Assembly (NCBI GenBank): GCA_910584085.1 | Contig: CAJTZY010000003.1 | Span: 1,701-65,700, forward strand | Source of the DNA: an uncultured Bacilli bacterium | GTDB taxonomy: Bacteria; Bacillota_I; Bacilli_A; RF39; UBA660 | Reading direction: 5' to 3' | Length of the DNA stretch: 64,000 bases | Part shown: piece by piece, positions 36,935-46,840 of the stretch | How positions within the stretch are numbered: the stretch's first letter is position 1 | How the letters are laid out: each line of letters starts with the position of its first letter | Notes under the pieces: model-generated | Told to the model about the DNA's origin: nothing | Database searches by the model: none | What the model saw: the letters and a program-made list of their open reading frames with translations, nothing else | Translations under genes and position numbers: made by a program

Positions 36935-37079
36935 TTTTTTTGATACAAATATTGTAAAATATATTTTAATTTATATATTTTATAATACTTTTGTTATAAT
37001 ATTGTTGAAATAAGTTATATAAAGTGTTAATCTAATATTAGATATATAATTATAAATTAACTGATGGAGGATGGATAAA

Positions 37080-37730
37080 ATGAAAGTAAAAATATGCGCT
37101 AATAGAAGTATTGAGGATGCTAGTGCCTGCATAACAGCTGGTGCAGATATAATAGGTGTATTAGTTGGACAAGAACATACTAGTAGTGATTTTATTGATA
37201 AAGAAACTGCAAAATCAATTGTGAACTTTGTAGATGGTAGATGTGATGTTTCCCTAGTTACGCATCTTAAAAACGCAGAACAAATTATAGAACTTACAAA
37301 GTACATAGGAAATAATATTATTCAGTTACATTCTGATATATTAGAAAGTGAAGTTGAAAAAATAAGAAAATCATTACCTGATGTCAAATTAGTTAGATTG
37401 ATACATATATCTAGTGATGGAAAAATATGTACAGATTATAAGAATATGAAATATGTGGATTTTTATTTATTAGATAGCTTTAATTTATCTACTAATCAAG
37501 TTGGTGGTACAGGATTAACACATGATTGGAATAAAAGTAAAGAATTAATTGAAATGCTTGATAAACCTACTTTTTTAGCGGGCGGATTAAATCCTGATAA
37601 TGTAGCGAGTGCTATAAAATTATCAAATCCATATGGCGTAGATGTTAATAGTGGTTGCAAAAATGAACTAGGATTTAAATCTAGTGATAAAGTAAAAAAA
37701 TTTGTATACAATGCAAAAAATGCGAAGTAA
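37080..37730 (+). CDS. trpF: phosphoribosylanthranilate isomerase-like (TrpF family), stand-alone
   Basis: MKVKICANRSIEDASACITAGADIIGVLVG... and FLAGGLNPDNV...PYGVDVNSG are TrpF-like. No other trp genes are nearby. Confidence 0.65.
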   Translation: MKVKICANRSIEDASACITAGADIIGVLVGQEHTSSDFIDKETAKSIVNFVDGRCDVSLVTHLKNAEQIIELTKYIGNNIIQLHSDILESEVEKIRKSLPDVKLVRLIHISSDGKICTDYKNMKYVDFYLLDSFNLSTNQVGGTGLTHDWNKSKELIEMLDKPTFLAGGLNPDNVASAIKLSNPYGVDVNSGCKNELGFKSSDKVKKFVYNAKNAK

Positions 37731-37741
37731 AGGAAAAAAAT

Positions 37742-38341
37742 ATGAAGAATAAAGATATATTAGATAAGATAAACAGTTTATCAAATGAAGAAAAAAGAAA
37801 TTTAGATTACAATGAATTGGTAAATATTATTAATGTATTATCACCCGATGAAATTATAAGCTTAAGTAATATAATTGGCTATCCCGTTTTTACAAGACTT
37901 TGCATGGGAGATTTAAAACATAAATTTGTATTATTACAGGATGGGGCAGCAGCAATAATAGTAAATAATAAAGGACAAATTTTATTGCAGAGTAGAGCTG
38001 ATCGTGATAAATGGGGATTACCAGGAGGATGTCAAGAACTTGGTGAAAGATTTCAGGATACAGTAATACGTGAGGTAAAAGAGGAAACAAATTTAGATGT
38101 TTTAGAGAAAGACTTAGAATTAATTGATATAGTGTCTGGAAAAAGTAGGAGAAATGAATATCCAAACGGAGATGTTGTTATTAATAATACAGCACTCTAC
38201 CTAATAAAGAACTATTCTGGTGAATTAAAATGGGATACAGAATCTAAAGAAATGAAATTTTTTGATTTGGATAAATTACCAATTAACCAAAATGATCCAG
38301 ATTTAATTAAAATATATATTAATTATGTAAATAAAATGTAG
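37742..38341 (+). CDS. NUDIX hydrolase
   Basis: Nudix box GGCQELGERFQDTVIREVKEETNL. Confidence 0.85.
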   Translation: MKNKDILDKINSLSNEEKRNLDYNELVNIINVLSPDEIISLSNIIGYPVFTRLCMGDLKHKFVLLQDGAAAIIVNNKGQILLQSRADRDKWGLPGGCQELGERFQDTVIREVKEETNLDVLEKDLELIDIVSGKSRRNEYPNGDVVINNTALYLIKNYSGELKWDTESKEMKFFDLDKLPINQNDPDLIKIYINYVNKM

Positions 38342-38362
38342 TAATTTTAATGTTACTACATT

Positions 38363-39250
38363 TTATTTTGTTATTATTTCAATTAATTTTTTTGTACTAA
38401 AATTTGGCAAATGATTTTTTGATACTGCAATACCAATATATCTATTTGGTATTTTTTCTTTTAAGTTAACTATATTTAACTCCCCACTTTTTAATTCTTT
38501 TTTTATATATTCTTTTGTTACATATCCAATGCCAAGTCCTATTTTAGCAAAGTCTACAACTAACGAATAACTAGCAAGTTCAATATTAGGTCTTAAAGTT
38601 ATTCTTTTTTCTTTTGCAAAATTATCTAAAAATTCTCTAGTATTAGAGCCCTTTGCTTGAAGAATCAATGGATAATTATTTAATTCATTAATAGAAATCT
38701 CCTTATTAATTAATTCTTTAAATGAATCATTAAAAACAAAACAATCACTAATTTTTTTACATTTAATTACTTCAATATCACTCCCATAATTTTTATCATT
38801 TAAATTTAATATAATCATATCAATTAATCCATTTCTTAGTTTTGTAAAAAGTTCAGATGACACATTTGTAGCAATTTGTATATCAATTTTAGGATATCTA
38901 TCGTGAAATTCTTTTAAATATGGAAGCAAAAATTCTCTAGTTAGTGTCACACTTATTCCTATCTTTATAGAACCTACCTCAAGATTAATTAAATCCGTAA
39001 ACTTATTTTCTGCATTGCCAATAAACTCTATAGCCTGTTTTATATAATTATAAAATTCCTTTCCTTCCACTGTTAAAACAACACCTCTTTTAGTTCTAAC
39101 AAATAATTTTCCACCCAACCCATCTTCAAGATTTTTAATAGATTTGCTAATAGCAGGTTGAGAAATGTTTAATTCGTCTGCCGCTTTAGTAATATTTCCA
39201 TGATTTGCAACCGTATAGAAAATTCTATATAATTCAAAATTTATATTCAT
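38363..39250 (-). CDS. LysR-family transcriptional regulator
   Basis: HTH ITKAADELNISQPAISKSIKNLEDGL. Confidence 0.85.
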   Translation of the reverse strand: MNINFELYRIFYTVANHGNITKAADELNISQPAISKSIKNLEDGLGGKLFVRTKRGVVLTVEGKEFYNYIKQAIEFIGNAENKFTDLINLEVGSIKIGISVTLTREFLLPYLKEFHDRYPKIDIQIATNVSSELFTKLRNGLIDMIILNLNDKNYGSDIEVIKCKKISDCFVFNDSFKELINKEISINELNNYPLILQAKGSNTREFLDNFAKEKRITLRPNIELASYSLVVDFAKIGLGIGYVTKEYIKKELKSGELNIVNLKEKIPNRYIGIAVSKNHLPNFSTKKLIEIITK

Positions 39251-39338
39251 AATAACCTCCAGTTATATCTAACATAACAAATATGTATTTTAATTATATC
39301 AAAAATAGTTATATAATACAAGTAGAGAGGTGATAATT

Positions 39339-39893
39339 ATGATAATTGGAATTTGTGGAAAGTCAGGTTCAGGTAAAAGTACACTTTCAAGAACGTTAGC
39401 TAGTAAATACGAAAATGCCACTTTGCTTGATATTGATAAGATTGGACATAGTGTGCTTACAATACCTGAAGTAAAACAGGAGCTTATAAATGCTTTTGGA
39501 AGTGAGATATTAGGTGAAGGCCAGGTTGATAGAAAAAAGCTAGGTGAGATAGTTTTTGAGTCAAGAAAAGATATGCAAAAACTATCAGATATAACATGGA
39601 AATATATGCAAATAGAAATAGATAAATTTATGAGTAGTAATGAAGGCAAAATTATTATATTGGATTGGATATTACTACCAATATCTAAATATTTTGAAAT
39701 GTGTGATTTAAAAGTACTACTTGATATTCCTTATGAAATTAGGAAAGAAAGGGCTATGAAAAGAGATAATATTAGTGAGGATAAATTCGATTTAAGAGAA
39801 AAAGCTAGTATAGATTTTGATATAAATAATTTTGATTATGTTATTAAACAAAATAGTGAAGATGAATTTAAAAGGTTGGTGAAGTTAATATGA
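39339..39893 (+). CDS. coaE: dephospho-CoA kinase
   Basis: P-loop GICGKSGSGKST. CoaE-like DKIGHSVL...VDRKKLGEIVF. It is coupled to coaD by a 4-nt overlap. Confidence 0.7.
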   Translation: MIIGICGKSGSGKSTLSRTLASKYENATLLDIDKIGHSVLTIPEVKQELINAFGSEILGEGQVDRKKLGEIVFESRKDMQKLSDITWKYMQIEIDKFMSSNEGKIIILDWILLPISKYFEMCDLKVLLDIPYEIRKERAMKRDNISEDKFDLREKASIDFDINNFDYVIKQNSEDEFKRLVKLI

Positions 39894-40387
39894 CAAAAGT
39901 TTTATATCCAGGAAGTTTTGATCCAATAACAAAAGGACACATGAACATCATTGAACAAGCAAGTAACTTGTTTGATGAAGTTGTTATTGCAGTTTTACAA
40001 AATCCTATGAAAAAATCTGGTTTATTTACGGTAGAAGAAAGATTTGAAATAATTAAAGAATTATATAAAAATTTTGATAATATAAAAGTTGTTACAGGAA
40101 GTGGCGCATCCGTTGATATTGCAATTGCTTATGGATGTAAAGCCATAATAAGGGGTCTTAGAAGTTTAAGTGATTATGATTATGAAGTTGGTCTAGAGCA
40201 AATTAATAAAGATATTTCAGATAATTTGGTAAATACAGTATGTTTATTTGCAGATAGAGAATATCAATTTATATCATCTAGTGTTGTTAAAGAAGTTTTA
40301 AATCTAGGTAAAGATATTTCAAAATATGTAGAACCATTAGTTAAAGAAAAAATGTTAGTGAAAAGAGGTATGATACATGAAAAATGA
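39890..40387 (+). CDS. coaD: phosphopantetheine adenylyltransferase
   Basis: VLYPGSFDPITKGHMNIIEQAS (HxGH-type motif) and ISSSVVKEV. Confidence 0.9.
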   Translation: MTKVLYPGSFDPITKGHMNIIEQASNLFDEVVIAVLQNPMKKSGLFTVEERFEIIKELYKNFDNIKVVTGSGASVDIAIAYGCKAIIRGLRSLSDYDYEVGLEQINKDISDNLVNTVCLFADREYQFISSSVVKEVLNLGKDISKYVEPLVKEKMLVKRGMIHEK

Positions 40388-41144
40388 TGATATAGTTGTA
40401 ACACCCTTAGGTACAGTATCTACATACTGCACAAAGAGTAGTAATTGTCCAGGGTTTCTTGTAGAATATAAGAACCATAAAATTTTATTAGATTGTGGGA
40501 ATGGAATTTCGAGATTTTTAAATATTCCAGATGATTTAAAGAATTTAAGTATTATAATAAGTCATCTACACAGTGATCACTATGGAGAAATATTTAGTCT
40601 CGCACAGACTTCACTTGTTTTAAAAAGATTAGGATATATAGATGAAAAAATTAAAGTTTATATTCCCGAGGGAACTAAAGAGGATTTTATGCATATAAAA
40701 AGTTTAGAAAATAAAAGTCACTTTGATATTATAACTTATCCTTATAAATGTTCTAAACTAAATTTTGATGACTTAAATGTAAGTTTTTCATTAAATCCAC
40801 ATGATATATTAACTTACAGCACTAAACTTCAAACAAAAAATTTAAAACTTGTTTACTCTAGTGATACTGGGTACAAAGGAAACACTTTAGAAGAATTTGC
40901 TAAAGATGCTAATTTATTAATATGTGAATCTACCTTTTTAAGAGGACAAACAAAGGCAGAGGATTTTCACTTATTCGCACATGAAGCAGGTAAGATAGCA
41001 AAGGGTGCAAATGTAGAAAAATTATTACTTACACATTTTTGGCCTAGTATTGATAAACAAAAATATGTAGATGAAGCAAAAGAATTTTTTGAGAATACTG
41101 AAGCTGCAGAAGAAGGTAAAAAATTAGTATTAAGGAGAATGTAG
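40377..41144 (+). CDS. MBL-fold metallo-hydrolase
   Basis: SHLHSDHYG (HxHxDH). It overlaps coaD by 11 nt. Confidence 0.8.
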   Translation: MKNDDIVVTPLGTVSTYCTKSSNCPGFLVEYKNHKILLDCGNGISRFLNIPDDLKNLSIIISHLHSDHYGEIFSLAQTSLVLKRLGYIDEKIKVYIPEGTKEDFMHIKSLENKSHFDIITYPYKCSKLNFDDLNVSFSLNPHDILTYSTKLQTKNLKLVYSSDTGYKGNTLEEFAKDANLLICESTFLRGQTKAEDFHLFAHEAGKIAKGANVEKLLLTHFWPSIDKQKYVDEAKEFFENTEAAEEGKKLVLRRM

Positions 41145-41146
41145 AT

Positions 41147-42043
41147 ATGGAAAATAGTGATATGATTAGAATCTATAAAACTAGTGAAAAACTTATTGAT
41201 TTACATACACATACAAATTTTTCTGATGGAGATATGTCACCTAGTGAATTAATTAATCATGCAATAAAAAATAAAATTAGTGTGATTGCTATAACTGATC
41301 ATGACACTCTAAATGGGGCTAAAAGTATTAATAGAAATGATTATTTAATAACTAAAACTGGTATAAAAATTATAGATGGAATTGAACTTTCTGCCAAAGT
41401 AGAAAAAGGAACAATGCATATTTTGGGAATTAATATTGATATAAATAATGAAGATCTAAATAAAAAAATGGACATTTTAAGAGATATTAGTGTAAATTCT
41501 ACTTTATCAGTAATGGAACAAATTAAAAGAGATTATGGTATTGTTTTTAGATATGAAGATATTAAAAATTTGATAAATTCAAACCATAATTTAGGTAGAC
41601 CAGATTTGGCAAAACTATGTATTAAGTATGGATATGCAACAAGCGTACAAGAGGCCTTTGATAAATACCTAATAGAGGCACATAAAAAAACGAGAAAAGT
41701 AGGTAAGGGATTACCATACCAAGAATGTATAAATTTAATAAAAAATAGTGGAGGAATTCCAGTACTTGCCCATCCAAAATCATTAGAGTTAGAAGATAAA
41801 GAATTTTTGCTTTTACTTAAGGAAATGATATCTTGTGGTTTAATGGGAATAGAAGTATATCATTCAAGTCATTCAAAGGATGAAATGGAATATTATTTAG
41901 AAATAGCTAAAAAATACAATCTCCTTATTAGTGGTGGAAGTGATTTTCATGGAATTACAGTAAAACCTGATATAGAAATAGGAACTGGTAAAAATCATAA
42001 TTTAAAGATAAAAAAATTAAGTATATTAGATAAAATATATTAA
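41147..42043 (+). CDS. PHP-domain phosphoesterase (TrpH/YciV-like)
   Basis: DLHTHTNFSDG, AITDHDT, HILG and GGSDFHG. Confidence 0.8.
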   Translation: MENSDMIRIYKTSEKLIDLHTHTNFSDGDMSPSELINHAIKNKISVIAITDHDTLNGAKSINRNDYLITKTGIKIIDGIELSAKVEKGTMHILGINIDINNEDLNKKMDILRDISVNSTLSVMEQIKRDYGIVFRYEDIKNLINSNHNLGRPDLAKLCIKYGYATSVQEAFDKYLIEAHKKTRKVGKGLPYQECINLIKNSGGIPVLAHPKSLELEDKEFLLLLKEMISCGLMGIEVYHSSHSKDEMEYYLEIAKKYNLLISGGSDFHGITVKPDIEIGTGKNHNLKIKKLSILDKIY

Positions 42044-42080
42044 TAAAGAATTATTATATAATTATGTTAAATTTATATAT

Positions 42081-42115
42081 AACAATTATGAAAAAACATA
42101 ATTGTTATTTTTTTA
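42081..42115 (+). terminator. Rho-independent terminator
   Basis: A 10-bp stem pairs aacaattatg with cataattgtt. It is followed by aT7. Confidence 0.8.
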
Positions 42116-42147
42116 TAAAAAAAGTGTAACAAATACATAAATAACTA

Positions 42148-42176
42148 TTGACAAGTGTAAAAATAACGCATATAAT
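42148..42176 (+). promoter_or_regulatory. perfect-consensus sigma-A promoter (TTGACA-N17-TATAAT)
   Basis: ttgaca at 42148-53 and tataat at 42171-76. The ~85-nt leader contains the 14-nt palindrome taatactagtatta. Confidence 0.7.
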
Positions 42177-42265
42177 TAAATTGTTATTGGATGCTAATAG
42201 TGAATAACCTAATAGACCAATAAGTTAATACTAGTATTAAAATAGAAAAATTAAATGGAGGTTTC

Positions 42266-43135
42266 ATGAATTTTGCAATAGTTGGACTAGGACATGCATT
42301 TTTAAAACAGTATGATGCATTAAAAAAGATAAAAGAAATGAGTGGGATTGAACTGTGTGATAATGATCTAACTAAGGTTAGTAAATATAATTGTAAAACT
42401 GATTATTTAAAACTTAACTCAGATAATATTGTAATAGCTACATCTCCTAGATGTCATTTAGAAATAATTAGTAATTTAATAAAAAACAATAAAAAAATAA
42501 TATGTGAAAAACCAGTAGTTACTAATTTATTTGAACTTGATAAATTAAAATCCATTATTACATCTGATAATTATTATAATTCACTTCACTTTTCCTTTGG
42601 ATTAGAAGTTGAATATTTTATAGACAATATAAAAATTAAACCTAATAAAATATATTGCTACATTAGCGATAATTACGTTTCTGATAATCATATAAAAAAA
42701 GAGCAGGTTGGTTTATGTGGCTCATACCTAGATGAAGCAATTAATCCATTATCTGCAGTATCAAGAATGTTTGGATATGATATTAAATTTATTTCTTGTG
42801 AAAAGAAAAAATATGATGGTGATAATTATGATTATTATTCATTATCTAAATTTAATGTGGAAAATATTCCTGTAGAAATAGAGGTATTATGGGATAACAA
42901 TATAAGCCAAAAATATATTGATTTGTATTATGATAAAAATATTATCAGATTAGATAGTATGAATGAACAGGTAATAGATTTAACAAATAACAAAATTTTA
43001 TTTAAAGGTACTGGCGATAGAATGACAAACCATTATACTGGAGTATTTAATGATTATTTAAAAAATGGAAGTAATATTGAAATATCAATTAAACTACACG
43101 AAGAATTACTTAAAGGAGTAGAAAATGAAAACTAA
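42266..43135 (+). CDS. Gfo/Idh/MocA-like oxidoreductase (tentative)
   Basis: The N-terminal Rossmann-like start is FAIVGLGHAF. EKP is present in ICEKPVVTN. The assignment is weak. Confidence 0.45.
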   Translation: MNFAIVGLGHAFLKQYDALKKIKEMSGIELCDNDLTKVSKYNCKTDYLKLNSDNIVIATSPRCHLEIISNLIKNNKKIICEKPVVTNLFELDKLKSIITSDNYYNSLHFSFGLEVEYFIDNIKIKPNKIYCYISDNYVSDNHIKKEQVGLCGSYLDEAINPLSAVSRMFGYDIKFISCEKKKYDGDNYDYYSLSKFNVENIPVEIEVLWDNNISQKYIDLYYDKNIIRLDSMNEQVIDLTNNKILFKGTGDRMTNHYTGVFNDYLKNGSNIEISIKLHEELLKGVENEN

Positions 43136-43688
43136 ATTAATTTTACTTGGAGGAGTTCCAGGAACAGGAAAAACAACAATAGCGTATAATCTAGCCTTAA
43201 AGTTAAAAATTGATAAAGTTATAAGTGTGGATTTATTAAAAATGTTTGCTAAAACATATAACTCTATCTTTGATAAATATATTTTGACAACTACACATGA
43301 GGCATATAAATTAGAAAATTTATCTGTTATAGATGGATATTTAAAACACTCATTAAAAATGAATGAAGTAGTTTTAAATGTTTTAAACAATATTAAAGAT
43401 AATGTAGTAATAATAGAGGGATGTACAATCAATAAAGATTTTATAGAAAAAATTGATAAATCTAAATATGATGTAGTATATTTTAACCTTTGTTTACCTA
43501 CTAAAGATTTAATAAAAAGATATGAAATAAAAAGTAAACTTAGGAAAAGTAATTGGATAGAGAATATAGAAAACATAAATAAAATTTCTGAATTTTTATA
43601 TAAAGATAACAACAATATTATAAATTATGATTTAGAAGAATCAGTAGAAAGGATTGTTTACGATGTTAAAGAAGTATTACATATATAA
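43125..43688 (+). CDS. P-loop kinase/ATPase (2-phosphoglycerate-kinase-like, tentative)
   Basis: Walker A LLGGVPGTGKTTIA. It overlaps its neighbours on both sides. Confidence 0.5.
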   Translation: MKTKLILLGGVPGTGKTTIAYNLALKLKIDKVISVDLLKMFAKTYNSIFDKYILTTTHEAYKLENLSVIDGYLKHSLKMNEVVLNVLNNIKDNVVIIEGCTINKDFIEKIDKSKYDVVYFNLCLPTKDLIKRYEIKSKLRKSNWIENIENINKISEFLYKDNNNIINYDLEESVERIVYDVKEVLHI

Positions 43689-44841
43689 TAGTGGAACATG
43701 TACAAGAGTTAAACTATATGGCATGGATGTTAATAATTTATTTAGTATTAATGACTATAAACTAGTAGATAAGGTAAATGAAGCAGATTGTATAATAATT
43801 AATACTTGTAGTTTCTTAAAATGTAAGGAAGAGTATTTTCTAGACTTTATCAAAAAAGTAAATAATGATTTAAATGAGAATCAAAATATTATAATTATAG
43901 GTTGCCTACCTAGTATAGTAAAAGATAAAATATTAGAAATAAATAAAAATATAATTATGTTTGGAAGAGATTTAGAGGAGATTAAAAAATATTTTAAATT
44001 TGATCATGATATTTTAACTAAGGCAACTTGTGTAACTGATAAATTAGATAGAAAAAAAAGAATTTTATATAATTTTAATAAATACTTTTTACACAGTAGT
44101 CATATAGAATATAGATTAAAAAGAGAAAAAGTTTGTTATTTACAAATATCAACAGGGTGTATGGGTAAGTGTACTTATTGTTCTGAAAAATTTACAACAA
44201 AGTTAAAAAGTAGGAGTATAGACGAAATAAAGGAAGCAATATACGATGGAATAAGTCGTGGTTACAAACTATTCGGATTAAATTCAGATGATGCTTCTGC
44301 TTATGGTAAAGATATAAATAGTTCACTTGGAGAATTACTTAAAGAAATAGTAAAAATAAAAGAAGATATATACTTTTCAATACCAGAATTTAATCCTAAT
44401 GGATTAACGGATGAAGTAATAGAATGTTTAAAAGATAAAAAATTTCTTTATATAACTGTACCAATACAAAGTGGTTCACAAAAAATATTAAATTTAATGA
44501 AAAGACCATATAAGATAGATGAAGCTATAGAAAAAATTAAATTAGTAAAAAGGAATAATAAAAAACTTAAAATTAATACACATGTTATTGTTGGATTTCC
44601 AGGTGAGACTGAAGCAGATTTCTTAGAGACATATAAAATTTTAAATAGTGGAATATTTGATAGAGTAAAAGTATTTATGTATAATGAAAGACCAAAAACT
44701 GAGGCAATTAATTTTGATAATAAAGTTACAAGAGAAGAAAAAATAAGAAGAAGAGATAAGTTACTTAAAGTTATGAAAAAACAGAATATAAAGCACTTTT
44801 CTTTAACTAACTTAATTCTTAATAGGGAGCAATTAAAATGA
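43663..44841 (+). CDS. radical-SAM methylthiotransferase-like enzyme (MiaB/RimO family)
   Basis: N-terminal MTTase-type Cys residues (SGTC, NTCSF, IGCLP). The radical-SAM cluster is CMGKCTYC. Confidence 0.7.
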   Translation: MLKKYYIYNSGTCTRVKLYGMDVNNLFSINDYKLVDKVNEADCIIINTCSFLKCKEEYFLDFIKKVNNDLNENQNIIIIGCLPSIVKDKILEINKNIIMFGRDLEEIKKYFKFDHDILTKATCVTDKLDRKKRILYNFNKYFLHSSHIEYRLKREKVCYLQISTGCMGKCTYCSEKFTTKLKSRSIDEIKEAIYDGISRGYKLFGLNSDDASAYGKDINSSLGELLKEIVKIKEDIYFSIPEFNPNGLTDEVIECLKDKKFLYITVPIQSGSQKILNLMKRPYKIDEAIEKIKLVKRNNKKLKINTHVIVGFPGETEADFLETYKILNSGIFDRVKVFMYNERPKTEAINFDNKVTREEKIRRRDKLLKVMKKQNIKHFSLTNLILNREQLK

Positions 44842-45683
44842 TAGAATTACTAGATTATATATTAGATTATGATGATAATTTTTGGATAATTAACAATATA
44901 ACAGATGGTGTACCTAAAGGATATATTGTTTATAGAACATGTGATGAAGGGAGATCCAATCATATAACTAAAAAACAATACTTTAAAGAAATTGAAACTA
45001 AAATAGTAAATATTCCACTTAAGTATAAAATGATTTTTAAACCGCGAGAGTTTTATCAAAATAATAAAAATAATTTAAATGGTATTTGGAAAGATTATGT
45101 TGATACATTAAATGAAATTGGAATCGATGATAGTGATATTGGAATATTTGGTTCTTATTTAATAGGATTTGATATTGAAAAAGATGTTGATTTTGTTATT
45201 TATGGTAAAGACAATTTATATAAGTATCACGACAATATAGAGTATATAAAAAACAAATGCAATGTCACATCTATTACAGAAAATCATATTTTACATCAAT
45301 ATAACAAACATAAATTTAAATTTAGTGAGAAATGCGATTTAAAAGAAATTATAAGTAGAAATTGGAGTGGCATAGAACTTAGTAATGGAGTTTTATCTAC
45401 ACCTAGATTTATTGATTTAAATAATATGAATATTCCATTAAAAAAAGGAGAGGATAAGATTATTACGGTAGAGGTAATAGAAGGCCTTACAAGTGTTATG
45501 TTGCCAAGAGTAGCAAAGGTAAAATATAAGGAAGAAGAATACACAATATATTCAACATTGTGGAAATTTCAAAGTTTTACTAAAGATGGAGATATTTTAG
45601 AAATATTTGCAAATGTCGATGAGAAAGATAAAGTAATAATCATTGATGAGTGTAATTATTATATAAGATATATAAAATCTTGA
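44838..45683 (+). CDS. hypothetical protein with pol-beta-type nucleotidyltransferase motif
   Basis: IGIFGSYLIGFDIEKDVDFVIYG fits the GS...D.D motif. The start overlaps the previous stop (ATGA). Confidence 0.45.
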   Translation: MIELLDYILDYDDNFWIINNITDGVPKGYIVYRTCDEGRSNHITKKQYFKEIETKIVNIPLKYKMIFKPREFYQNNKNNLNGIWKDYVDTLNEIGIDDSDIGIFGSYLIGFDIEKDVDFVIYGKDNLYKYHDNIEYIKNKCNVTSITENHILHQYNKHKFKFSEKCDLKEIISRNWSGIELSNGVLSTPRFIDLNNMNIPLKKGEDKIITVEVIEGLTSVMLPRVAKVKYKEEEYTIYSTLWKFQSFTKDGDILEIFANVDEKDKVIIIDECNYYIRYIKS

Positions 45684-45758
45684 TATTCGTTATAGTAAAA
45701 TTAATAGTGTATAATATTTATAGATTTTATAGTATAATAATGTTATAAACTTTATGAG

Positions 45759-46649
45759 GTGATTGTTTTGAAAGTAAATACTGATTGTAACTTCTTTATG
45801 AATATTTTTTTCTTTGTTTGGCCTAAATGTAGAATGAAGTGTAAATATTGTTTAGAGAATAATACAAATAATTATGGTGAGTTTAGTAAAGAAAATATAA
45901 TACAGATTTTAAGTGTATTTGCACATGAGGGAGTAAAACGTCTTTGGCTAACTGGTGGTGAGGCAACTTTATGCCCATATATTTTAGAGTATATAAATAT
46001 ATGTAAAGAAAGTAAAATAAAACCTATGTTTTCAACACAAGATGGGCTCGCACTAAAAAAATTGTCAAAAGATTTATATGATATTGATGTCCAATTAAGC
46101 CTAAATGGATTATATAAAGATCATGATGAAATAACACAAATTGAAGGTTCATTTATTGATATTGAAAACGCAGTATATGAAATTAATAATAAATACTCTA
46201 GCCATGATATAAGAATAAGTGCTAGATTTATATTAAGGCCTGAATGTGTAAGTAAAATTGATGATTACATTAAATGGTGCATAAAAAATAAAATAAAAAA
46301 AGTTTACTTATCTAATATTTCAAGTGGAGGTAAGGGAAAAAATTATATAAAAGAAAATGGTAAAATATCAAAAGATGAGTTTGCAAATATATTAATGAAT
46401 ATATCTACAAAGTATAAAGATATTATTGATATAGAAATTAAATCTAATGGTAAACAAGGTGATTTATGTGGGGTTTATCCAAATGCTAACATATACATAA
46501 GACCTGTAGATTCAGTTGAAGAAGGTAACTTGTTATTAGGAAATTTATTTAAAGATAATCCCAAAGAAATTTATAAACATTTTAAAGAAAATTATCCAGA
46601 TTTATATAACAATTATATAGATAAAATAAAAGGTGATGGAACACTATAA
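45759..46649 (+). CDS. radical-SAM enzyme
   Basis: CRMKCKYC (CxxxCxxC) and LTGGEATLCPY. The start is either GTG 45759 or TTG 45768, both after SD gaggtga. Confidence 0.7.
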   Translation: MIVLKVNTDCNFFMNIFFFVWPKCRMKCKYCLENNTNNYGEFSKENIIQILSVFAHEGVKRLWLTGGEATLCPYILEYINICKESKIKPMFSTQDGLALKKLSKDLYDIDVQLSLNGLYKDHDEITQIEGSFIDIENAVYEINNKYSSHDIRISARFILRPECVSKIDDYIKWCIKNKIKKVYLSNISSGGKGKNYIKENGKISKDEFANILMNISTKYKDIIDIEIKSNGKQGDLCGVYPNANIYIRPVDSVEEGNLLLGNLFKDNPKEIYKHFKENYPDLYNNYIDKIKGDGTL

Positions 46650-46840
46650 TAAATTTTAGAATGTATTGTTTATAAAGATGACTAAATTGAAAGTATAGAA
46701 AAATCTGCAGAGATCCCAGCGGATTTACTATGTCTTCATATAGAGATATAAGTTTATTAAATCAATTGATAAATAAAATATATTCGTTTTTTTTAGTATG
46801 GTATTTAAAAATTATCATCTTTATATTATAATATATTTAG

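Noticed and set aside
36800-37070. T-box or other tryptophan-responsive leader upstream of the trpF-like gene
   Set aside because: I found no specifier-loop/AGAGA/T-box (GGUGGNACC) elements. The hairpins here are better explained as the terminators and antisense RNA of the type I TA-like module.
38339-38362. Hairpin gtagtaa/ttactac between the convergent NUDIX and LysR genes, considered as a bidirectional terminator
   Set aside because: The stem is only 7 bp and AT-rich, and it overlaps the NUDIX stop codon and abuts the LysR stop. It is plausible but too weak to list as a feature.
46704-46733. Hairpin aaatctgc...gcggattt after the second radical-SAM gene, considered as a terminator
   Set aside because: The stem contains a G-U pair and no U-tract follows, so it is not called as a terminator. 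Operon continuity with 46841..48307 stays open.
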